Shown here: in pieces, positions 1 through 9,785 of the stretch
Numbering within the stretch: the first letter of the stretch is position 1
How the letters are laid out: every line of letters begins with the position of its first letter
Source of the DNA: Phaeosaccion multiseriatum
Lineage: Eukaryota; Protista; Ochrophyta, other classes
Assembly (NCBI GenBank): GCA_965112735.1
Contig: OZ218955.1
Location: 2,418,001 to 2,482,000, forward strand
Direction: 5' to 3'
Length of the DNA: 64,000 bases
Made by a program: the position numbers and the translations under genes
Notes under the pieces: generated by a model
Databases searched by the model: none
What the model saw: only the letters and a program-made list of their open reading frames with translations
Told to the model about the DNA's origin: nothing

Positions 1-2027
1 CGCAAGTCCCGTATCCAGCTCGTAGCTCATCTCCAGTCGATCATCGCTCACGAGGTCCAAGAATCCTTTTGTCACCTGAGGTGGTTCAGGCGCCACAAGC
101 AAGGAAGAGAAAGACTCAGTATGGCTCCTGCTGCTCTCACGAAATGAATAAGACTAAGCCTGACCTCCATCAAAATCTCGGCGTAGAAGGTGTTGCTGCT
201 GCTGCTACACCCCGCAATGTCTTGCGCCAGAAATCTCCTTGAAGCGAGAACCGGCCCCCGTAGGAAGGAAAATGCCCCCCCTTTGAGCGCCTCCACCAGC
301 GGATCTTCCACCTTACGCACAGGGGAGTGGGAGAGAAGAGTCGTCAGGGCCAGCAAAAGTGCGTTGGTGTCCTCTCTTCCCCTCCGCTCACCTGAGCCTT
401 ATTGCACATGCCGCTAAAGACAGAGGGGGCCATGAATTGTGCCCAAACTATTTGGACCACGGCCTGCACTTGGCGGTGGTGCCACCGCTCCTCCATTGCC
501 ACTCTGAGCAAGGGAAGGTAGACGGGATGAGATTTGGGTACATACCGCAAATGGCGCGGATCGCGGCCTGGCATTGGATGGACATGCGCACACTGACCTC
601 ATGAGTCCCCCCAACCCAGATGCGTTTTCCGGTGCACAACCGCTGGGTAAAAGAGCATTTCCTGTGGTCTGCGCCGGAACACCCGTGGAGCGGTCCCTCA
701 ACTGCTGGTCTTGGCTCAGGCAGCAGGCCAGTGTTAGCACAAGAATTAGAGTGGTGTTGAACATGGAAACCTGAGACACGGTAGAGAAACAGCGATTACG
801 TGAAGAGGGCTGCCGGCTTGAATCATATCGTATAGCTACGAACTAACCCATGAGGCATCGTTCTGATCCTGCGCCTGAGCAGCAGCCGTGCCGTAGCCAT
901 AATCGTGGTAGTGTAAGGAGGAGTGGTGCGCATGGTGCTGCGCCATCTTGCTCAGACGAGTGGAGCAATCTCTGAAGGGGTAAAATGAAGCACAGCAGCA
1001 GGCAGGCGGGTCAGGACACGGTGGCTGTCGATCGCAGTAGGTGTGTACAGCATCCTCACCTCAGCAGCTGCAAGAGCTCTTGCACCTCCTCAGCCGTTGC
1101 CTGTGTGTCGTAAAAGGTGAAGAACAGAGCTTCTGCGGCCACCAGCCGACAGCTGTCTGTGAGCCTAGTGCGATCCTCCCCACCTTTGCGTGCCCCCCCG
1201 AGCCCCGCACTCTCCTCGGGCAGCATTTGCCGCAGACACTCAATCAGTCTTGATGGCAGACCCTGTAAGTCGATGGGCGACGAGTTGATTTGGTCGGATC
1301 TCTGAATGACTCCCAAGCAGGGTTGGGCTTGTTTCTCTCCCTCTCTCTTTCTCACCTCCACCACGAGAGAGTTCGTGATCGTGATGATAGCCCCCAGCCT
1401 CTCTTTCGAGACAATCTCGTCTCGCCGAGCTTTGATGAGCTCGCAAACACACCGAAGCAACTGCCCTCGCTCCAACAAAAACAGCTCTTTCGCAGCCACA
1501 GCCAATGTGGAGGGGAGGTCGGACTTCAAGCTACCGTCCTGCCAAAAGTGCAAGAGCAACCAAAGAAGAGGCTTCAGCGTCAGAACTCTTGCAATGCCCG
1601 GTGCTCCGGGTCCCACCCACCTCAGCGCCAAGGAGCTGCTCCAGGACTGTCCTATTCTCTAGGGACGCCACCGCTCGCCAATACTCAACACACTGCAATT
1701 CATCCAGCAACAAGTCGGCCGACATCTGAATGATGGGTCCTCGCCATGCCTCCGGCACCAGGCCGTTGGAGACCTGTGGCAACACCATAAGCAGCGCAAT
1801 CAGTGGGGCAAAACTCTCGCACTACCAAACAGCTCGGAACACACCTGATTTCTGTGCTCCGTCGACGGGGGCGCGACATCGAATGGGCCAGGCTTGAGCA
1901 GCCCGTCCTTGTGCTCCCGCAAGGTCTGGACAAAAGCCTGGATCTCCTCCTCCGCACCACGGCCCTCTCCCTCCCCGAGGAAGAATTGTTGTATCCTATC
2001 GTACAGGGCGATGAAGCGACTCGTCAT
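1..2027 (-). CDS. NUP205: Nuclear pore complex protein Nup205/Nup192 (5' part, multi-exon, runs off the window start)
   Basis: Successive exons follow the Nup205 N-terminus: SADLLLDELQCVE; AAKELFLLERGQLLRCVCELIKAR..ITNSLVVE; CRLVAAEALFF; LILVLTLACCL; WHHRQVQAVVQIVWA; GAFSFLRGPVL. GT-AG introns lie between them. Confidence 0.8.
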
Positions 2028-2194
2028 AGCTCTTCGCAGGCGCGAGGGGCCGAGAAAGCGCCGCTTACAAAGGCGAAGGCAAGGGGGTTCAAAGGGGAAA
2101 CAAATCCTATGGTTCCAGGCTGGGGTTGTTACGCACCATTACTTTTAGAAATTCAGATCTCAGCAACACAAACAAACAAAAATTAAACAACAAC

Positions 2195-3721
2195 ATGAGC
2201 AGCAGGTGGGTGTACACTGGGAGGCACCTCCTGTCTGCTACGCCAAACTATTCCTAATGCTTTCGTGTGATGCAGGTCGAACAAGCGACGGCGAGTTCTC
2301 ACGGAGGCTTTGGCAGAGCAGCCCAACAGTGCTGCTGCTGGACCCTTGCCACTCTACATGAGTCCCACCTTTGTGAGCGAGAACGACGGCCTCGTGCTGG
2401 TGGAAGTGCCTCCGGCACTGCTGACCGAGGTGGCGGAGGACTCAGGTAAAAGACGGGCGGCTGTGGGAAAGCTGGGAAGACGAGAAATAATACTGTTCTG
2501 CACGCCCCTCTCGTCTGCGCTCAGATAAAGGGCTTGTGCGATTCGTGGGATCAAACAGTGCGAGGCTAGTGACGGGGAGCAAGACGTTCTCTCTCACTCT
2601 CGTGGAAACATCCAACACCGTAATGGTACTTCCCCCCGTCCACGCCCCCCAAAACGCCACGGTAAACGCCATCTGCAAGTACCACTACGAGCTGAAGCGA
2701 GTCGTGCCGGACTGGGATGCCCTTCGAACTCTGCTGAGTAGCAACCTGTACGACGGACACACAGAGACGAGCGGGGATTCGGATGGCGAGGCAGCAGAAG
2801 CAGCGGCGGAAAAGTTCTCTCTGGAGCGCCTAGAAGGTAGGGCAGGCAACAGTGGGAGGCCTCGCTGCGCTGCGCTCTTGTCCGCAGCTAAAATTGATGA
2901 CCGTCCTCCTCCGCCGCGCAGCCGAGGTGCACGTGAGCCGCGCAGAGCTCGTGCAGGGACTCAAGCAACTGAAAGCCCTCAATATCGACGGCTGGCGCCT
3001 CTTGTCTCCGGCCTACGAGAAGGCCACCTTTGACAAGATTCTCAATGTAGTCGTCGAGCGAGACTTGCCCTTACATGCAGTCGATGCTCCCACGGTGGCG
3101 CAAGAGCTCCTCAGGGGGAACAGGAAGGCAGCCGGGGGCTCTTCGCAGGAGCAAATCGTGAAGCATTGTTTGTGGCTGTACTCAGACCAGAGTAAGTGCA
3201 AAGAGGGTGGCGACGTGTTCACGCTGGATGAAAATCAGGTGCGTGTTCTTCGCTCCGCACGTGAGCACGTCGCTCTGGTCTGACGTTTCAATTCTGCCCG
3301 GCCAACCCTCCGTTGCAAAAACTAACACCGCCGGCAGGTGGCCATATTCAAGGCCCACATCCTCTTTTCCGCGAGGGCTACGTGGCCGGCAAGCGAGTGG
3401 GCTTCGGAGTGGGCAGCCAGCGTTCCAGGCGTGGACGCGCCATCGCAAGAGCTCATGAGGGGTATCGGCTTCCTGGACGAAGAGCGCGTCTGGCACTACT
3501 TTCCCGCCAGCCGTCTGCCGCACAACCCCGCGGCAAGATTTGCAGCCCTGTTCGCCTTTCGATCCAGGTGGACTCGGAAGGACCTCGAGCCCTATCTGGA
3601 ATCAATCGCAGACCAACACGGGGAGACCGCCTCCCAAGATGAGCTTCTGCTGAGGCATGCGAGGGAACTCGTCACGAACCAGCCAGGCTCCGCAGCTCCC
3701 TTGTACTGCAGCCGAATATAG
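2195..3721 (+). CDS. DCC1: Sister chromatid cohesion protein DCC1 (multi-exon)
   Basis: Motifs SARLVTGSKTFSLTLVETSNT, YELKRVVPDWDALRTLL, ELVQGLKQLKALNIDGW and FPASRLPHNPAARFAALFAFRSRWTRKDLEPYL are typical of Dcc1. ATG at 2195 starts a micro-exon. Confidence 0.88.
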
Positions 3722-4139
3722 GAACGTGTAGCTTATGCAAGACTCTGTTTTAGTTTGCAGTTGGAGGCACAAAAGCAAGTGTTCCCGTCGGAGATGGCCC
3801 ATGCATCCTTGGTACCAAGTAAATTTTGCAAGAACAAAGTGCCATCTCCGACGACGGGAGCTTCGCCTAAACTGAAACTCACACATCCACCGTCCACCCT
3901 CTTCACCAAGGAGTCACGCAGCATGCAGAAAGTGCGGCGTACAGAAAGAAGCACGTGATCGAGGCAAGCGGCGGGAAGTAATAGATGCAGAGGAAGACGA
4001 CGTAAGCAGTCGCAGCAGCAAAGTTGCAAAGAAGGCTTGCAGCCTGTGGGGAGAGAAGTGCGGAGCTGCTGAGGCAGCAGCCTGAGGCACCTTGCGGCAA
4101 CGACTTTAGTGGCGAGGCAACGATTATACGCAGGGGAGG

Positions 4140-5448
4140 ATGGACGAAGAGGTATCTCACGACCCCTACCTTTCTGATGGAGCGTCCATTTCCAGCGGGG
4201 GCCGGGGTTGGTCTACACTTAAGGACGTCTCTGGCTGCTCCAAATGTGCCTTGGCCTATATCCTTGCCTCCTTCTTATTGGCGTGCCTCATTGACCCGGT
4301 CATCGGGTTTTTGTTCCTTGCTTCGCTTCTCCTGAGTTCCGTACCGCTGTATCTCTGGTGGAAGAGGCATGCAGCAAGATGTCCGTTAGATTTGGTGATT
4401 CGGTACGTAAAAAGGAAGGGAACAGTCTTCCAATTCTCTTCTTCACGCGGAGATTATGCTCAAAACTGCTGCTGCTGCTGCTGCTGCTGCTCTTTGCAAA
4501 CCAGGTCGTTCTTCTCCGGGTTTGCGCCTCTCTTCTTTGTGGTCATCTTCTCTCTCCTCTTTGTGGGCTTTCCCATCCTCAACACTCTATGTTGGGCTCT
4601 GTTCCCAAAACAGGCGGTCCCGATCGTCACGATCACCTCTCAAGGTGGGTAAGCGAGCCTGCCGCGTGGTTGTCTGTCCGTCTGTCTGTCTGTGTCTATC
4701 CCCCCCTCTCTCTCACCCTCTCTCGCTCTCTCTAGGTCCTCAGAGTTGACCGATTTTGTTGTTGTTGTTCTTGTTGTTCCTGATTTCCTTTGCTCTCTGG
4801 TCTTGGTCTTCAGTCGTTGCTCTCGTTGGTTTTGAGGAAGTGGGGAAAGTGCTTTGGGCTCGACGATCAAGGGCTGGTGTCGAGCTAAATCGATTCACCA
4901 TTGCGGATCAGATTGGATACACAGCGACCTCGGTGGGCTACGCTACCGCTTCAGCAAATCTTTGGACGTGGGTTTCGTTCCGAGTGATCGAGGCAGTGTT
5001 CGGCGTAAATCACGACTCGGCCGCCGACTTGGGCCTCGGAGTAGTCGCCCTACTCATATGTTCACTGCTCGGCACCCCTCTCCATGTGCTCAGCGGCTAT
5101 CTTATAGGGCTAAACACCTCGTCACAAGCGAGCTTCGGAAGGGTGGGCCTCTACTCGTTTTGTGCACGGCTGGTGTTCGTGTTGATATGCATCGTTGGGA
5201 CGGTTTTGCTGGCTGTGACGGCCGGCCATGGCGTTGTGGGGGTAGTTTTTTCGCTTTCGTTCATGGCAGCGTGCTTTTGGGCCTTGTGCGTCGTTTTCCT
5301 GCGGCACATTAAGAGTGTAGAGGCGTCGATGCCTCCGGAATACCTGCGATCCGTAGGCTATCTCAACGTCGCCGGCTACGGACTGCTTCCAGGGGCAGAG
5401 ACCGCGGAGAGCATTGAGCTGCCCCAGAACATGTCCAACTTGGTGTAA
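4140..5448 (+). CDS. Multi-pass membrane protein, divergent PrsW (M82)-like
   Basis: Many hydrophobic helices with FEEVGK (EExxK), SVGYATASAN and GTPLHVLSGYLIG. The exon junction near 4646-4813 is ambiguous. Confidence 0.55.
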
Positions 5449-5643
5449 ATAGGCGTCCATTTGTCCCAAGGAAGCATGCATCATATATCTGTAGAAAGGT
5501 CGGGTCTTTATTTAATACACGGGGCGAACGTAGCACTTTCATGACACCACTCGCTTCTGCGGGCAGATGGCCGGCGGACGTCTCCCCCGTCCCCTCAATG
5601 CCTCTTATGTACACCCCTCCTACGTTTCAGTGCCCAAGCAAGT

Positions 5644-6174
5644 TCATGCCCCATCGGTGTTGGCAACCAACGACACCTCAGCTTGCTGCTCCTCATCGCT
5701 GTCCTCCTCTGTACGTGCAAACAAAGCAAGCAAGGAGAAAAGTGGTTGCGTGGCGTCAAGGTGATGCGTGCACGTGCGAGTTGCTGGGGTGAGGTAGCGA
5801 AACTCTCAAGGAAGGTAGTAGGGGGGTGGGGGCACGGGACCTGGCGATTATGCGGCCTGCAGCAGCACAGCCCCCGGCACCCGTCAGGTTCTCAAGGAAG
5901 AGAGTAGGGGGCGGGTGCCACGGGGCCTGCCGGTGCTGCTGCCTCCGCCCGCCATCCGTCAGCTCCTCAGAAGCTGTGACCACTTACTCTTCACGTATAA
6001 GGGTGGCGAATTCCCGCCTGCCATTCTGTTAAAGTAGTCTGCACTGAAGGCCAGGATGTCCGCTTCCGTCTTGGGGTTCTCGCGGATGACTGCTTTGGAG
6101 AACTCCTTCAAGACACCTGGTAGATCGGGGTGTACCTCTATTTGCTCGGGCATAAAAATCCTGTTCGCCTTCAT
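5644..6174 (-). CDS. Small RIIa-domain protein (ropporin/RSP11-like)
   Basis: IFMPEQIEVHPDLPGVLKEFSKAVIRENP..ILAFSADYF matches the ropporin/RSP11 dimerisation-docking domain. An inferred intron 5987-5709 (A|GTAAGT ... TACAG|) adds the acidic tail KEDSDEEQQAEVSLVANTDGA. Confidence 0.8.
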
Positions 6175-6388
6175 CTTGGTACTCCTTCTTAGAGAAGAGA
6201 GGAGGAGAAGAGAAGAGAGAGAGAGGAATGGAGAAGACAGTTACACAAATTCTGCGGAGGGACTCCGAGCGGGGATCGGGAGACACAGAGAGAACTTTTT
6301 ATTAAAGAGGAGGACGAGTCTTTGCGCAACCGGCACCGCCCCTCTGACGGTGCCGCGCACACTCCAACCCGCCCGATTCTCTATCTTA

Positions 6389-7228
6389 ATGATGGAGCGG
6401 TCATTATGCACCGGGAGGCCACTTGGGCTGACTGCCTTTGCCTTGTCGGTTTCTTTCGCTTGGCTGCGTGCGAGGCAAAGCCAGCGACGGGCTTTGTCGT
6501 CTAACGTTGGCTTCGATCGAGCTGAGATGAACACACTGCCACTGTCGTTCAAAGAATACAAGGAACATGTATTCGTGGGGACGGGTTTGGGTTCCGAGAA
6601 GGAGTGGCCAAAGAATTGGGAAGCGGCGCCCCTGGGTGCGGTGTTCCACGAGGCCGTGGCTTCGCTGGGTATGAAGGGCAGAGTGAAGGTGACTGCCTGC
6701 GATGCACCTCGAGGAGATGTGCTGCTCTTTCCATCCGGTATCAAGTACCAGATCGGGGCAGAGGTGCCGAGCCTGGCAGTAGCCAAGGCGATTGTCTCTT
6801 CCGATACCACCGCCTTTGCCGCGCAAGGGAGTGTGGAGGGGGAAGCTACCATAATGGTTTGTGCTCATGGCAAAAGAGATTCGAGGTGTGGCTTTTGTGG
6901 GCCGAGGTTGACCCAGGCCCTCAAGAAGCGCTTGGAAGGGAGAGATGTAAATGTGTTGAAGTGTAGTCATATCGGGGGGCATAAATTTGCAGGCAATGTT
7001 ATCTTGTTCGGGGGAAAGCGTGGGGCACCAGGCGTGTCCGCCAGGGGGGGCGGGGGCGATTGGTTCGGCTACGTGAAGCCCGACCGGTTGGAGGATATTG
7101 TAACTTTCTTGGACGAAGGGGCCAAGGGCCCTTCTTGGCAACAGACATATCGAGGCTCGATGGGGCTCACAAAGGAGCAGATTGAGGAAGAGAGGGCGAG
7201 TTGTCCATGCCAGCAGCAGGGCCGATGA
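6389..7228 (+). CDS. Sucrase/ferredoxin-like protein (Apd1/Aim32 family, 2Fe-2S)
   Basis: VCAHGKRDSRCG and CSHIGGHKFAGN (Cx8C plus HxGGH ligands), WFGYV and YRGSMG. Single exon. Confidence 0.9.
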   Translation: MMERSLCTGRPLGLTAFALSVSFAWLRARQSQRRALSSNVGFDRAEMNTLPLSFKEYKEHVFVGTGLGSEKEWPKNWEAAPLGAVFHEAVASLGMKGRVKVTACDAPRGDVLLFPSGIKYQIGAEVPSLAVAKAIVSSDTTAFAAQGSVEGEATIMVCAHGKRDSRCGFCGPRLTQALKKRLEGRDVNVLKCSHIGGHKFAGNVILFGGKRGAPGVSARGGGGDWFGYVKPDRLEDIVTFLDEGAKGPSWQQTYRGSMGLTKEQIEEERASCPCQQQGR

Positions 7229-7266
7229 CCGAGTATAGCTGGACATTATTTTGGCTCTGTGCCTCT

Positions 7267-9619
7267 CTACCCTCCCAAGCCGCCACCCCAGGACGGCGCT
7301 GCAGGCGTGGCGATGAATCCTGATGAGGGTGATGTCCGATTCAGGGTCGCAGAGGAGGAGTTGGTGGTGGAGGAGGTTTGAAAGACCTTGGCCACATGTG
7401 CCTCGATGCTCGTCTGCATGTCTACGAGCAAGCTCCGCAGCCAGGCCTCAAAGTCTGCTCCTTGCCCCGCTTGAAGCGCTCCGCTTTGGGGCTGCAGAAG
7501 AATGCGAGTAAACTTGGGCAGCACACTTTGCTCCACGAAGGACCGAATCTTGCTGCTCGGAAGTTGGCTGATGAGAGAGAGGCGACAAAGGCAGGCAGGC
7601 ACGACGGACATTTGGCGATGCGCAAAATGCCTTGTGGACGACTCCTTCCATGTACCCACACACACATACCTGTTGTACGAGAGGCGCCGGTCGTCTAGGT
7701 TGATGTTGACCGTGGGAGCGACGACGCAGAGCCGCACGCTGTTGTTGAGAGCGGCACGGAGCATCTCCTTGTGCACCGCTCGCTGTGGGCAAAGAGAAGT
7801 GTGCGGGAAGCGGAGTGTGTAAGGGCAATCTAAACTAGGAATACAGCCAAGGCACGCACAAGATCACTCACCTGGTTCTTCCCAACTTGGGCTGCTTTCT
7901 TGCTCCCGGCCCTTTCCACAAGCGCCTCCTTCTCCAGGGCCGCCGCTCTCTTGTCTGCAGAAGCCGCCTTCTCTTTCCACCTCGCGGTCTCCTCCCTCTC
8001 CTTGTGCGCCATCAATTCCGCCCCCCGCGCTGTATGCTCCACCTGCTCTCGCTTCTTCACCTCCTCTCGGATCTCCTCGTCTTTTGCTTGTAGCTTGGTG
8101 TTTACTGAGTTCAGCTCACCCCTGCATTCCGTCAGCACTTTCCGCACTTGGCCTACTTGCTCAGTCATTTCTTCCAAGCTCGCATGGGCGTCGCTGTTCT
8201 CTTGCTTTAAGGCCCTGATTATGGCCGCTGATGCTTGTCGCTGTTTGTGCAAATCTCCCATTAGTCCCTCCACCTCGTGTCGACTTGCTTCCTGCGCCTG
8301 CTCCGCGGCCTCCTTCAACTTGCCGCACCCTTTGCACGCAGCGCCAGCTGCCAGACTCTCTCTGCGCTCTTGCTGCTGGAGCTTACGCTTGTCCTCTTCG
8401 CGTTCCTGCTTGAGATTCTCCAATTCGATCTCTCTCTTTGCTCTCCAGTCTGCAGCCTCTTGCGCGGCCTGCTTGCTGCGCAACTCACTGTCCAAGTGCT
8501 GCGAGATTGAGGCGTCCAGATCCCTACGGAGCATCTGCGCCTCTCCACGCACAATCTCCAGATTCCTGTCCTGCGACGCGGCGTCTTGTCCCTTGCTCTC
8601 CAGCTGTCGGCGCAGTCCGTCCACCGCCGCGCGAAGAGATTTCTCCCGCGCTTCTGCTTCCGCCTCCCTACGCTCCATCTGCTTTTTCACTGAGCGCACA
8701 ATCTCCTCACATCTGCCTCTTTCCTCCGCAAGCCTTGCCCCAGCACTGACGCTGCTACCCTGTCCGTCGACGCAGATCACTTTCCCTGCCGCTGTGGTGG
8801 TGTTGGTGGTGGTGGGTTGGGGCTTTTCCCCAGTGTTTCCGCTTCGCCCCTGGCTGACTATTGTAAGCTGCTCCACGAGATTTTCAAGCTTGAACAGCTG
8901 TGCCCTCAGCTCTCGCCCTTCACCCCTCGTCTTTCGAAGACTCTCTCGCAGTGCCGCGCAGCTCGAGCAATCTGCGTGCTGCTTCCCTCCTCCTCCTGCT
9001 GCCCTGAACTGACTTCCTCCAACGAACCTCCCCTGTTTTGTTTTTCATGGGCAGTAACAACAAACGTAATGTAACGACTGCATTAGGAAGAGAACACTCT
9101 CCCCCCCATATGCGGGAGGCTGGGTTCCGCTTCTTCTCACTCACTCACCCTCCCCCCCCCGCTGAACTGAAGCAGGAGCGCTGTTTGAAGTCGCTTCACC
9201 TCTGCCTTGAGAGCGTCAAGGTCCTCCAGTTGATCATCGCCACCACGACGTTCCTGCCGCAGCAGAGGCTCCTCAAAGAAGAAGCCTTCGGTCGAAGCTG
9301 CTGCTGCTGCACCCCGCCCACGAGACAAGGACGGCGCTCCAACTGTTGAAGGACGCTGGTCTCCGCCAGGGCTGCCCGCCGGCACCTCGATCTCTAGCGC
9401 CGCTCTCTCAGCGACCACTCCTTCTGTGGCTGTGGCCTCGTACGGCTCGGGTGAGGAGTTGCGACGATACAAGACCGTCTTCGGCGCCCTTCTACGCAGC
9501 TGGATTGCCGTAGTAGTTGTAGCAGTAGTTGTAGCAGTAGTAGGACTGCCGCTCGGAAAGGCCAGGTTACTCGACGAGCGAGAGTAGCCTACGCTGGAGC
9601 GCGGCCTTCGCGAGCTCAT
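7267..9619 (-). CDS. Coiled-coil protein of unknown function (multi-exon)
   Basis: Ser/Thr-rich N-terminus, a long E/K/R/Q heptad exon (about 7870-8950) and a globular C-terminus (VRLCVVAPTVNINL..VLPKFTRILLQ..MQTSIEAHVAKVF). Canonical splice sites. An upstream ATG at 9724 is also possible. Confidence 0.65.
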
Positions 9620-9785
9620 CTTCGCCTTCGTCGCGAGGGACGGACCACCACTGGGCTGCGTCGTCGTAGGCTGCGCCGCTTGATTGAACCATCCGACAGG
9701 GGGCAGCGAGGGAGAGCGCTGCATCAGCAGCAGTCTTTGCGCTCTCTAATAAAAATCCGAAACCATATTTTATTGACTTATCATT

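Noticed and set aside
4735-4760. In-frame TGA as selenocysteine or readthrough
   Set aside because: No redox motif context or recognisable SECIS; a 1-nt indel or alternative acceptor explains it more simply.
6010-6022. GC-AG intron donor in the RIIa gene
   Set aside because: A perfect GTAAGT donor of the same phase exists at 5987.
7900-9012. 370-aa plus-strand ORF
   Set aside because: Antisense shadow of the coiled-coil exon, with a Ser/Leu/Ala-rich mirror composition.
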